From Candidatus Hydrogenedentales bacterium (lineage in GTDB: Bacteria; Hydrogenedentota; Hydrogenedentia; Hydrogenedentales; CAITNO01), in contig JBHEKP010000286.1 of the NCBI GenBank assembly GCA_041859375.1, positions 1 through 59,770 of the forward strand: a DNA stretch of 59,770 nucleotides, given 5' to 3'. This document shows positions 37,201 to 46,500 of this stretch, in pieces. The notes below the pieces were generated by a model that was given only the letters and a program-made list of their open reading frames with translations, had not been told where the DNA came from and did not search any database. The translations under genes were made by a program, and so were the position numbers. Numbering within the stretch: position 1 is the first letter of the stretch; each line of letters begins with the position of its first letter.

Positions 37201-38560
37201 GACAAACCATGGGGACAGCACGAACTGCGTGTTTGGCTCCGTCAAGGTTGAGTACTACATCAACACGCTGTTTGTCGGTGAGAGCGTTGACAGGCAGAAC
37301 AACTTCCCGTTGGCGGTCACGCTGACGCCGGGCCAGTACCGCCTTGTGGCTGTTGCGGTTGTGCCCGAGACCGGACAGGCTGCCAACGCCGAGACGGTGT
37401 TCAACGTGGCGAACATCCAGGTGGGTCCGAACGGTTATCCCTACAGGCCCTTTGAGGCGCTGCGGCCCGAGGCGTCGATATTTGAAAACACGGTTTTCAA
37501 CTCGATGTACCGGCGCAGCATAGCCATAACTTCCGCGCTCTGCCCCGAGGACGGCGGAATGGACGGCGACATTGTGCTCTCCTCCTCCTTCAACGGCGAC
37601 ACGACGCAGACGCTCACCGTCAGCGTGCCCAGGGCGCTTGTGCCCTGCGGCATGGAGATGCTTGTCGTTCTGACCATGTCCGACTCCCTGCAGGAGCTTG
37701 TCGGCCCCGAACTGTTCGGCCCCGACGGACTTCCCCTTGTGCCGCCGCCCCCGGGTGTTTTCATCGCCGGAGGGTTGTACTTTGACATCTCAATCCTGCT
37801 GGCGGACATCGCGGACATAGACGACAACGAGGGCGGGGTGGCCTATTCGGAAATCAGCAACGATCTGATTGCGGAGCATCCGATCACGCTGACCCTTTCC
37901 GGCCTAAACTTCATGCCCGGCCGCGTGCCCGTGTTCCTCTCCCACCCCACCGGTTTTGCCGCAAACGACACTGCGGACATGAACCTCTTTGGTGAGCTGG
38001 GCGGATGGTCGGTCGAGGACCTTGGACCCTTTGAGGTCGTTGGCGCGAACACCCTCCGCACCACCGTGCGCTCCCTCTCCATCTTCGCCCCGGTGGAGCA
38101 GAAGATGAGCCTCAAACTGAGCCCGAACGTCAAATACGGCGTTATTTTCGGCCGCGCGCGGCTTGGGGACACGATTGAGCAGTATTTCACAATGACGAAC
38201 ACCGGCGTGATGACCGTTGAGGGAAATGCGGCGGTGGCCGACAATGAGAATGTGTTCACCCTTGTCGGGGACACGGCCTTCCGCCTTGCCCCCGGGCAGA
38301 CCAAGCAGTTCCTCATCTGCTTCAAGCCGAAGGCGGTGAGGGATTACATGGGCGAGCTTCGCATCGCCGGCGATCCGGTCGGCGACCTGAGCCTGATCAT
38401 CCGCGGGACCGGAACCAAGCCCGCCAAGCGCGCGGCGTTCCTTGGATGCGCCCCCGGCGCGGATGAGGGCGCCGGATTTGGCGGGGACATGCTGGTGCTG
38501 CTGCTGGCCCTTGCGGCGGTTTGCGGCGGCGCGTATCATGTCAGGCGTCCTGAGGCATGA
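34211..38560 (+). CDS. Giant exported surface/adhesin-like protein with tandem Ig-like (DUF5011-type) domains, an acidic EG tract, and a C-terminal TM tail
   Basis: 1449 aa. GTG 34211 has AGGAG 8 nt upstream; ATG 34256 (MKRLTAFGLAFFVCLGVSAFA) is the alternative start. Contains eight PVITLNG...Y.DPGATA.D.CAG...G.Y.L.YN.SDPSGNAA units, (EG)18E, an ASH/MSP-like domain near the end, and a hydrophobic C-terminus followed by RR. Confidence 0.85.
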   Translation: MNQDKTPAKPRKGCFMKRLTAFGLAFFVCLGVSAFADPGSDEIEMGRTVKSLGPGAAGSYLLEVSVTLTAGANIPGALTALAVQEEIPAGAAFDSVSADPPPSGDVQITGNTLDFVWVTLPDLTQPFTFSYVLVVTSLQQSDMISGRVIYRTDGGSLESATVETPANAIPCLVMTRNVAAGGYVAGQEVVVEVTVESFCGEAVTALAVEEQPPVGWTFVSASGLGDPGGVIAPAPGDPAPLQFIWFSPIPAFPYTFTYTLAVPAGFTGDADILGQAVGRLSGPELRTNVVGTTLVSLDGTPPEITLIGADPQTVECGQAYVESGAIALDNVDGSVTVDIDSTAVNTAVLGSYTVNYSATDASGNTANETRTVDVVDTTIPVISLNGSAAESVACGGSYTDPGATAADTCAGTLTVTATGSVNTAVPGVYTLSYNVSDPSGNAAVEVTRAVTVTDTVIPIVSLNGSPTETVACGASYTDPGATAVDACAGSLTVVTTGTVNTTAPGEYTLRYNASDPSGNAAVERTRTVTVVDNTVPVITLNGAPAISVQCGGVYSDAGATASDSCAGTLSVVVTGSVNAAVPGTYTLRYNVSDPSGNAAVERTRTVTVIDTTVPVITLNGSASLTVPCGGSYSDAGAAVSDNCAGTLSATTTGTVNTAVPGVYTLRYNASDPSGNAAVEVTRTVTVTDTVIPVITLNGSPSLTIPCNSSYTDAGATAFDACAGSLTVATAGAVNTAVPGVYTLRYNASDPSGNAAVEVTRTVTVTDTVIPVITLNGSGMIDVECGGVYTEQGASALDACAGSLSVLVSGTVDTAQPGTYTVAYNAVDPSGNQAVEVTRTVVVSDTTDPVITLLGDNPLTLDCADQYTDPGAGALDACGGVVDVVTDASNVDVTSSGSYLVTFTATDDSGNTATASRTVYVTGPSCAEGEGEGEGEGEGEGEGEGEGEGEGEGEGEGEGEGEGEPGFCDLTGLEILRPVGDVFVPFSQGAATTTILSQTNHGDSTNCVFGSVKVEYYINTLFVGESVDRQNNFPLAVTLTPGQYRLVAVAVVPETGQAANAETVFNVANIQVGPNGYPYRPFEALRPEASIFENTVFNSMYRRSIAITSALCPEDGGMDGDIVLSSSFNGDTTQTLTVSVPRALVPCGMEMLVVLTMSDSLQELVGPELFGPDGLPLVPPPPGVFIAGGLYFDISILLADIADIDDNEGGVAYSEISNDLIAEHPITLTLSGLNFMPGRVPVFLSHPTGFAANDTADMNLFGELGGWSVEDLGPFEVVGANTLRTTVRSLSIFAPVEQKMSLKLSPNVKYGVIFGRARLGDTIEQYFTMTNTGVMTVEGNAAVADNENVFTLVGDTAFRLAPGQTKQFLICFKPKAVRDYMGELRIAGDPVGDLSLIIRGTGTKPAKRAAFLGCAPGADEGAGFGGDMLVLLLALAAVCGGAYHVRRPEA
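35102..36973 (+). repeat. Eight head-to-tail in-frame 234-nt (78-aa) coding repeats
   Basis: Unit starts (GAC codons) were checked at 35102, 35336, 35570, 35804, 36038, 36272, 36506 and 36740. The period is exactly 234 nt with no indels. Confidence 0.9.
36989..37099 (+). repeat. Imperfect hexanucleotide repeat encoding (EG)18E
   Basis: 37 codons alternating GAA/GAG and GGN, ending in four perfect GAAGGC units. Flanked by Cys codons (PSCAE...PGFC). Confidence 0.9.
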
Positions 38561-38580
38561 TGTGGTGACTTGAACGGCAA

Positions 38581-38612
38581 AGGCCCCGGGGCATGGCTCC
38601 GGGGCCTTTTTT
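38581..38612 (+). terminator. Rho-independent terminator after the giant gene
   Basis: AGGCCCCGG ggcatggct CCGGGGCCT stem-loop followed by TTTTTT. Confidence 0.75.
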
Positions 38613-38632
38613 ATTTGCGGGAGACCCTTTTC

Positions 38633-41122
38633 ATGCGCAAGCACACTGCAATGATCAGTTCCCTGGTGCTGCTGTTTGCGGCGGAATCCTTCGGCCAGCC
38701 CGGAGACGCATGGTCCGCCGCGGCCGCAAACGGGGCGGATGCCCGGATTGCGCTGGAGTTTTGCGGCCGCTACGCGAACGGATGGCTCTCCCATGCCGCA
38801 CCGGAGACGGGGCTTCTTCCAAGACGCCTCAACGGGGACCATGTCTGGAACGCGCGCGACTGCGCCGCGGACAACCTGCCCTTCCTGGCAATTTACGCGC
38901 ATCTTTTTGGAAACAGGGGCATGACTGCCGCGGTGGCGGAAATCATGAAAACGGAACGGCGTGTTTGCCCGAGGCTGGGCAGCCTGCCGGACACGGTGGA
39001 CATTCATGCGGGCGGGTTCATTCAGGAGCGGGTAGACAGGGAAGAATTGATCTTTGGCGCTTCTGAGTACGCCAAGGACGGGCTCATGCCCATGACGGAA
39101 ATGCTTGGGAAAGGCCCCTGGCTGGACCGCATGGAGGAAATGATGCGGGACATCTGGGCGGAGGCGTCCGCCTCCGGCCCCCCCTCCCCCGTGGATGAGG
39201 TGAACGGCAACCTCATGCAGGTCATGTCGCGCTTGTACTGGTTGCGGCGTAATCCGGAGTTCAAACACAAAATCTACCGGATCGCGGATTATTACCTTCT
39301 TGAAAACCCGCTCCTCTCACGGGAAAAAGTGCCGCTGCGGGATCACGGATGCGAGGTGCTGGGCGGCCTCTCGGAGGCCTATCTGGTCGCGGCGGCGGAG
39401 GATGCGGAAAAGCACGGCGCTTACCGCGCGCCGATGCATGCGCTCATGGATTCCGTCATCGGCGCAGCCGCGTTTGAGGATGGCATGCTCCCCAACGCGT
39501 ACAACCCGCGCACAGGGGAGCGTGTCAATCCCGCCTTTTCCGACAGTTGGGGCTATGTGTATGACGCCGTCTGCACGGTGGGCATGGCTGACGGGCACGC
39601 GCCTTATCTTGATGCGGCGCGCAGGGCGGTGGAAAACATCCACAGGCACCTTGGCACGGATTGGGAAAAAGGATCCGCGGACGGGTATGCGGACTCTGTC
39701 GAGGGCGCCCTCAACTTGATGAACCGGTTTCCGGATGCGGCGGCTGCGGAATGGGTGGATCAGTCCGTGCGTCACATCCTTTCCAAACAGGGAGAGGACG
39801 GCATCATAGAGGGGTGGTATGGCGACGGGAATTCCGCGCGCACAATGATGATGTATGCCCTGTGGAAGACACGGGGGGCGCGGGTGACACCCTGGAGGGA
39901 GGATTTGGCTCTCGGGGCCGCACATGACGGCGCGGAAAGGCTTTGCATAATCCTTTCGGCAAAATGGGACTGGGAGGGTACCCTTTGCCTTGACTCCCGG
40001 AGGCATCTGGAGAATTTCGGGCTGCCCATGGACTATCCCCGGATTAACCAGTTTCCCGAATGGGTGGCCGTGGTTCCGGGGGAAAAGTACAGGCTCACGG
40101 TCAACGGGGAGGCGGAAAAGGAGCTTGACGGCGGCGAACTGCGCGCTTTTCCCTTGTCAGTGTTGGCGGGGGAAACCCTCCGAATCACCCTCTCCCCCAT
40201 CCCCGCGCCCGCCAAAGGTGCGGCCCATAACGAGGATAATTGGCGCAGGCTGAAGCTGCCCCCGCAGTCCACGCCTGAAGGACTGGAATCCTGGCAAAAC
40301 ACGCTGCGCGGGGAACTCGCGGGCGTTTTAAAACTGGGGGACTTGCCCGCCTCCAAACCGTCCGCCGTTTCACTGTCCAAATCCAGGAAGAATGGATTCA
40401 CAGTTGAGGAGGTTGTTTTGCAGGGCGGACGGCGGGAAGGGGTGCGCCTGCTCAAAGCCGCTGTTGAAGCCAACGCAACGACACCCCTTCCGGCGGTGAT
40501 CTGCATACCGGGGCATGGCGGCGCGCCGGAGGATCTGTTCAAACCGGAGGGTATCTACAAAAACATGGCGGGGGAGCTGGCAAAAAGCGGTTATGTGGTC
40601 CTTGCCGCCTCGGTGGGCTACCATGAGCCCAAAGGCCCATCCGGCACACTGATGGGCGGCCGCATCTCCGACTTGATGACGGTGGTGGACTATGCCGCCG
40701 GACTGGCTGGGGTGGATCCCGCGCGCATCGGATGCGCGGGCCTTTCGCTCGGCGGGGAAATGGCCATGTGGCTGGGTGCCATGGACACCCGCGTGCGTGC
40801 GGTGCTCAGCGCGGGTTTTCTCACCTCCATGAACCAGATGGAGCGCAACCACTGCATGTGCTGGGAGGTGCCGGGGCTTAGGGAACTGGCGGACTTTCCG
40901 GATATTTACGCGCTGGTCGCGCCGCGTCCGCTTATGTGCCAGATTGGGCTGAAAGAACCCCTGGACCAGTTCAATCCCACCACGGCGCGCCATGCTTTTG
41001 ACACGGTGCGGAGTGCTTATGCCATCATGTCCGTCCCCGGCATGGCTGAACTGGACCTTCACGGCGGGGCGCACGAAATTGATTTGGACGGACTTTTGCG
41101 TTTTTTTGGCGGAAGACTCTGA
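38633..41122 (+). CDS. Exported two-domain protein: N-terminal helical domain of unknown function fused to a C-terminal alpha/beta-hydrolase (esterase/dienelactone-hydrolase-like)
   Basis: Signal MRKHTAMISSLVLLFAAESFGQ. The C-terminal part has ICIPGHGG, the nucleophile elbow GLSLGG, and a late His in HGGAHEID. GGGAGA lies 8 nt before ATG 38633. The track ORF starts at 38570. Confidence 0.7.
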   Translation: MRKHTAMISSLVLLFAAESFGQPGDAWSAAAANGADARIALEFCGRYANGWLSHAAPETGLLPRRLNGDHVWNARDCAADNLPFLAIYAHLFGNRGMTAAVAEIMKTERRVCPRLGSLPDTVDIHAGGFIQERVDREELIFGASEYAKDGLMPMTEMLGKGPWLDRMEEMMRDIWAEASASGPPSPVDEVNGNLMQVMSRLYWLRRNPEFKHKIYRIADYYLLENPLLSREKVPLRDHGCEVLGGLSEAYLVAAAEDAEKHGAYRAPMHALMDSVIGAAAFEDGMLPNAYNPRTGERVNPAFSDSWGYVYDAVCTVGMADGHAPYLDAARRAVENIHRHLGTDWEKGSADGYADSVEGALNLMNRFPDAAAAEWVDQSVRHILSKQGEDGIIEGWYGDGNSARTMMMYALWKTRGARVTPWREDLALGAAHDGAERLCIILSAKWDWEGTLCLDSRRHLENFGLPMDYPRINQFPEWVAVVPGEKYRLTVNGEAEKELDGGELRAFPLSVLAGETLRITLSPIPAPAKGAAHNEDNWRRLKLPPQSTPEGLESWQNTLRGELAGVLKLGDLPASKPSAVSLSKSRKNGFTVEEVVLQGGRREGVRLLKAAVEANATTPLPAVICIPGHGGAPEDLFKPEGIYKNMAGELAKSGYVVLAASVGYHEPKGPSGTLMGGRISDLMTVVDYAAGLAGVDPARIGCAGLSLGGEMAMWLGAMDTRVRAVLSAGFLTSMNQMERNHCMCWEVPGLRELADFPDIYALVAPRPLMCQIGLKEPLDQFNPTTARHAFDTVRSAYAIMSVPGMAELDLHGGAHEIDLDGLLRFFGGRL

Positions 41123-41131
41123 AACGGAGAA

Positions 41132-42088
41132 ATGGACATGGGCGGCTGTGTGATTGGTGTGGAAATTGGCGGAACGAAACTCCAGGCGGCCCTGGGCGAC
41201 GGTCTGGGGGCGATTCACCGCCTGGAAAGGTCTTCCGTGAACCGCGGCAAGGGGGCTCCCGGAATACTTGAATGGATGGCTGCTGCCGTTGGCGCATTAA
41301 TCAACGGCGCATCTTCACGGCCTGTTTCCGCCGGAATAGGCTTTGGTGGCCCTGTTGACAGCGCCACGGGCCGGGTGTTGGTGTCCCACCAGATTCAGGG
41401 ATGGGAGGGCATAGAACTTCGCACATGGTTCGAGCAGCGTTTTGGAATGCCCGTTGTGGTGGAAAACGACGCCAATGCCGCAGGCTGGGCCGAGTACAAG
41501 CTGGGCGCGGGAAAAGGAACGAAAAACTTTGTCTACATGAACATGGGCAGCGGCATAGGCGGGGCGTTGATTGTCAACGGGGAACTCTACAACGGTCAGG
41601 GCTATGGCGCGGGAGAAATTGGGCACGTTTGGGTTCCGGATTGGACCGGCAGATCCCAAAATGGCTATGACAAACTCGAAAACCTCTGTTCGGGCTGGTC
41701 CATTGAGCGGCGAATCCGGGAGACGCTCTCCCCCGTTCCGGGCACACCGCTTCATGTGCTATGCCAGGGTAATCCGGCTGAACTTACCTGCGTGATGCTT
41801 GCAGAGGCGGCCAGGATGGGTGACGCACTGGCCTTGGGGGAGATCGGCCAAGTGGCCCGGACAACTGGGCTTGCCATCGCAAACCTGATCACCCTGTTTC
41901 ATCCGGAGAAAATTGCCTTGGGCGGCGGGGTGTCGCTCATGGGGGATGTCCTCATCTCGCCCTTGAAGGAACAGGTGGACAGGCTGTGTTTTGGGCCGTA
42001 TAAGGGCCGTTATGAGCTTGTTCCGTGTGAACTCGAAGAGAATGTGGTAGTAGTTGGGGCCTTACTTTTATCTCAAAAAAACAAATAA
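41132..42088 (+). CDS. ROK family sugar kinase
   Basis: VIGVEIGGTKLQ, ENDANAAGWAE and GSGIGGALIVNG. The CXCGXXGC zinc motif is absent. Confidence 0.85.
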   Translation: MDMGGCVIGVEIGGTKLQAALGDGLGAIHRLERSSVNRGKGAPGILEWMAAAVGALINGASSRPVSAGIGFGGPVDSATGRVLVSHQIQGWEGIELRTWFEQRFGMPVVVENDANAAGWAEYKLGAGKGTKNFVYMNMGSGIGGALIVNGELYNGQGYGAGEIGHVWVPDWTGRSQNGYDKLENLCSGWSIERRIRETLSPVPGTPLHVLCQGNPAELTCVMLAEAARMGDALALGEIGQVARTTGLAIANLITLFHPEKIALGGGVSLMGDVLISPLKEQVDRLCFGPYKGRYELVPCELEENVVVVGALLLSQKNK

Positions 42089-42107
42089 ATAACAACAACC
42101 AACAACA

Positions 42108-42869
42108 TTAACAGCCGCATATCGACTCAAGCCAATGGCTCTCAATGGTGTGCACGTCATTTGTTAATGGCAGGATGTGCTCTTTTTTGATTTTCGAATA
42201 AATGCAAAGGCCGGAATCCAAAGTTTCGAGGGCGAGGCGGGCACCTTCCACATCACCGATATGCCAGACATCCGGTTTTAATTCCATGATACGAAGCACA
42301 TTGGCCGCTATATCCCTGGCCGCTTCAATCATGTGCCGGTCATAGATGGCATGGAGAAGGGCGGAAAAATTTTCACTTAAAGCGTCAAAATAGACCCTGT
42401 CAACAGATGCCAAAACCCTCATCCATTCCTCTTGTGTTTTAGGAAGGGAGTTTTTCCGTGCCATCAGGGCATCGGCGACCGCCTCTTCGGCGGAACGCAG
42501 CGAATCATAAAGGTGAATGGTTCTCTGGCCCGCCTGGATGGCGGCGGGAATTCGGGGGCCCAACCGAAGCAGCAGCATGAGGTTGCCTGATGCCAGGCGC
42601 TTCATTTTTGAGGGTGACCGGAGCATGTCATTCAAATGCCCAAAGGCTTCAATAATGTCGCTTCTGAGGGGGTCGGCGGGATAGATCCGGTTCAGTAAAA
42701 ATTGCGAAAGCTCCCCTGACAACTCCGGACCAAGGGCGGCAAACCCCTGATAATTACGGACATTTTTCCAGTCATACCGCCGTTTAAGCTCCATGCGCAG
42801 GAAACTTGCGGCTTCATTCAATGCGTCATTTTCGGTTTGTCCGGCCATTCTCGGTTCCTTTTCCATCAT
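42108..42869 (-). CDS. Hypothetical all-helical protein of unknown function
   Basis: The ORF lies in a visibly lower-GC stretch. The start is ambiguous: 42914, 42869/42866, or 42848, the last with AAGGA upstream. No motif recognised. Confidence 0.55.
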   Translation of the reverse strand: MMEKEPRMAGQTENDALNEAASFLRMELKRRYDWKNVRNYQGFAALGPELSGELSQFLLNRIYPADPLRSDIIEAFGHLNDMLRSPSKMKRLASGNLMLLLRLGPRIPAAIQAGQRTIHLYDSLRSAEEAVADALMARKNSLPKTQEEWMRVLASVDRVYFDALSENFSALLHAIYDRHMIEAARDIAANVLRIMELKPDVWHIGDVEGARLALETLDSGLCIYSKIKKEHILPLTNDVHTIESHWLESICGC

Positions 42870-42937
42870 TTCTCCATGGGAACAATTTTCCACGGTTGAA
42901 TGTTTACAAAACAATAAAATAAAACGGAGATTTGGTA

Positions 42938-43510
42938 ATGGTCAAAGAAATGGAAATCAAGCGGGGTGTTGAGTTTCCCCACACAGTGGTTATCGACGGG
43001 CTTTCCATTACAATCCGTCTGATGACGCAGGAAGACCGGGAAACTCTCATTGAATTCGGGCACCAGTTGAGCGAAGAGGACCGTGTGTTCATGCGCATGG
43101 ACATCACCCGTCCCGAGGCCATTGATGAATGGATGAACAACCTGCTCAGTGAGCGCACCCGCACAGTGGTTGCCGTTACTGAAAAGGACGGCATTGTCGG
43201 CTATGCGAGCCTTCACCAAAACAAGGTGTTGTGGACGAGGCATTTGGGGGAGATCCGGCTGTTTCTCAAGCGTGAACTGCGGCAGATTGGACTCGGGCGC
43301 GTGCTCGCCGAAATAATTCTCGGTTTGGCACGTGACAACGATGTGCAGATTGTCGAGGTCAACATCCCCCGGATCCAGCCGGATTTGCAGAAGATCCTGC
43401 AGACCATGGGTTTCATGCCCGAGGCAATGCTGGCAAACTGGCTTATTGACCCCGACGGAAACACCCATGACATGATTATCATGTCATACCGTTTCAACGA
43501 AAACGTTTGA
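42938..43510 (+). CDS. GNAT family N-acetyltransferase
   Basis: 190 aa with acetyl-CoA loop RQIGLGRVL. GGAG lies 8 nt before ATG 42938. The track start is TTG 42932. Confidence 0.75.
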   Translation: MVKEMEIKRGVEFPHTVVIDGLSITIRLMTQEDRETLIEFGHQLSEEDRVFMRMDITRPEAIDEWMNNLLSERTRTVVAVTEKDGIVGYASLHQNKVLWTRHLGEIRLFLKRELRQIGLGRVLAEIILGLARDNDVQIVEVNIPRIQPDLQKILQTMGFMPEAMLANWLIDPDGNTHDMIIMSYRFNENV

Positions 43511-43537
43511 GCAACGGGGCGGCTTCAGTGCCTGCGG

Positions 43538-46500
43538 TTAATAATCTTTCCTGATGACAACCCCCAAACCGCCCCTCTCTTTTGAGCCGACGTCGGCCTT
43601 TACGGAAACGTTGGGCGTCACCTCCACCTCCGCCGATACCTTTCCGCTGTCCGTGGAGGCACCCTGCTGGGCCTCCAGGTAAATGCGATCATTGATATAT
43701 TTGCCCACCCCGACAGTGGTGTCCCCCACCGTCTCGCCCGTGCGGACGTCAAAGATGTCAAGGCCCGGAATGCGCAGTTTTCCCGACAGGAATTCCGCCA
43801 TGCTCATCCTCCGGCTCAGCAGGGTGACGGCTCTTGCCAGTTGGACCGCCTGAACCGGGGATATTTGGGAGACGTTTCTGCGGAACAACAGCATCGCCAA
43901 CGCCTCATCCTGCGGCATGGGCGGTTCGGAAACCACGGAAAGGGACGCTTCCGAGACCTGTCCGGAGAGCAGCATGGTGGCTGTCATTGAAGCCGTGGAC
44001 GAGGTGGACTTGATGTTGACATAGGGATCCCGCAGATTGTCCTCGTTGAGGGTGATGGTGCTGTCCCGCAGGTCAAACCGGCGTCCAAAAAAGTCCAGGG
44101 AACCCCTTGAAATGGTCATGGTCCCCCCCACCGAAGGCTTTGAAAGTGTGCCCCGCGCCCGCAGGCTGCCTTTCCATTCCGAATCCAGCACGGGTGCCCG
44201 CACAAAAAGCCGTGATGGCATGTCTAGTCCGATGTTCAGGGTGACAGCGGGCAGTATGGCGGGGGAAACGGGCCTTGGAAGCGTTTTGGCACCATCCACC
44301 GGACCGTTAATTTCGGTTACCTCAAGGGCGGGCGCGGTCCCGCCCGGCAATTTTTCGGGCACCTCAAAGTCGCCCTGGTTAAGAACCAGGCTGCCCCCCA
44401 CCTCGGGGGCCGAAAGGGAGCCTCCAAGGATCAGGGGACCGGAGAAACGCGCGGAGGCGTAGTCATTGTTGAGCGCAAGCAGGTTGTTCAGGGTTAACTC
44501 GACAGCCAGGCGGCGCGGTTGGGCAAGATCAACCGTTCCCTTTCCTGAAACCGTACCCACATCAATGTCACGCGCCGTGAACCTGGTCAGCACCAACCGG
44601 GAGGCGTCGGCCTCCAAACGCAGGGAGATGTCCTGAAGGCGGGTGCCTGTGGAGAGGTTCTCGTAAGCGCCGTCCTCCAACTCTGCCTTGCCGTGCACAA
44701 CCGGCGCAAGGCGGGTTCCCCCGCAGGCAAAATCGACCAGCAAAGTGCCCCTTGGATGATGCTCCACCAGGCCCATTGTCTGCGCGAGAGAATCCAGTTC
44801 GAGTTCGCCTTTCCCGGAAAGGGCAAGCTCACCCGCGTCCGAGGGGGACAGCGTCAACGGGGCAAGATGGAAGACAAAGGGAATTTCACCATTTGCCACC
44901 CCCCTGCCGGCGTCACCGAAAAGCCCCTTGGCGGTCCCTTTCAACCTCCCCCCCCCGATTTCCACGGAACACTCGGCGGTGACGGGAGGCGTGTCGTTGG
45001 AGGCGGTGGTCATGCGCGCATTGGAGGTGGAAAGACTGAATGATGCGGATGGATTGTCCGTTGTGCCCGAAAGGGATGCGGTGCCGTCGAATGTGCCGGA
45101 GAGGGGAAGCGGCTTGAACAAGGCGGCGATGGAAAGGGGGAAGTCTTCCCACTCCGCGTTTGCCGTGACGTTTCCAGGCAACCATTTTCCCGACAATGAC
45201 GCCCCGCCCCCACCGGAACGAACGGCGAGATTCTCAAGCGTCCAGCCGTCCCCCGCACGGGTGAGCACCGCGGTGCCCCCGGTCTCCATCAGGATTGTGT
45301 CAGCGGAAAGGGATGCCTTTTCTATCTCAAGCACCCCACGGGCCGGGTCAATTAGGGTGGTGGCGGAAAATTGCACCGGCAACGGTGTCTCCTCGCCTTT
45401 TCTGTGAAGACTGCCGGACACGTTCAGGGAGGCGTTTCCGCGGTTATCTTTCGCGGAAAGAGCCAGGGAGCCGCTTCCGCCGGAAAGTATTCCGAATGCG
45501 GATAATCCGGTGAAGTCGAGCGTCCCGGAACCGGCCGTTTTGGACCCGGTAATCTCAAAATTTCCAGAACATTTGGCCGATTCAAGGGTGTTGTTGTCAA
45601 AGTGCAGGTTTTGTGCTTTGGCGTTTGTTTTCAGGCGAAAAGCATCCCTCCCGCCTCCATGAAGTTCCAGGTCCCCGCGAATGCCCCCCGCCACGGAATG
45701 CTCCCCGAAGAGGGAAAGCCTTCCCAGTTCGGGCAGGTCGAATGTGAGGCCTGTCTTAAAACTGGCATCTTTCCGGTTCCAGTCCAGGGAACCGGATGCC
45801 CTGTTGGGGCCGGAGGAAAAGGAGCCTTTCCTTACTTGAACCGCGTCATCATTAATGGCAACCTCACAGGTTCCATCGAGGCGTGGTTTCCCTTTTGTTT
45901 GCGCGGTTGCCTTGACTTTTCCGCTGAATTTACCCAGGTCTTTTCCCTCAAAAAGAAAATCACCACTAAGCGTGTCCGCGGCGAACAGACCATACCCCGG
46001 TTTTTTAAGTGAGAACCCGCCGGTGATCGCGTGTTTTGTTTCATCACCGGAAATGTTTCCCTTGAAGGCAGCCTCGCCGCTTGGCGTGTTTTTTCCCCCT
46101 GTCGGAATGATGGCGGCCAGGTCGGGCGCCTTCCCTGAAAAAACGATGTCATAACCACCGGAGGAGGGAGTGAAAGAACCGTCAGTTTTCAATGAAAGCG
46201 ATTCCGCGGCCAGTTCACCGTCCCTCCATGAAAAAGCGCCGTCCCTCCATGTCAACGAGGCTTGGGCGGAGGGACTGGGCCCGGAAAGTTGTTGCAACTG
46301 TTGGGGAAGGCCCTGAAGGCCGGAAATCTTTAATGTGACGCCGCCCTCAAGAGCAAAGGGGCGCATTATGCCTTTGGCTTTTGCCGTGACCACGGCCTCT
46401 CCTTTGGGCGCGAAAGGAAGCAGCATGGCTGATGTGGACAGATCGCCGGAAATGAGTGTGCCGTCAACTGAAAATGAGTTTTCAGGCAACGCCAGGGAAC

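Noticed and set aside
36964-37245. Minus-strand ORF encoding an SPSPSP... repeat
   Set aside because: It is only the reverse complement of the (EG)n tract inside the well-supported giant + strand gene.
42108-43510. GNAT toxin-antitoxin module
   Set aside because: GNAT toxins pair with small co-directional RHH/DUF1778 antitoxins. Here the neighbour is a roughly 250-aa divergent helical protein, and the GNAT is of ordinary size with no adjacent small ORF.
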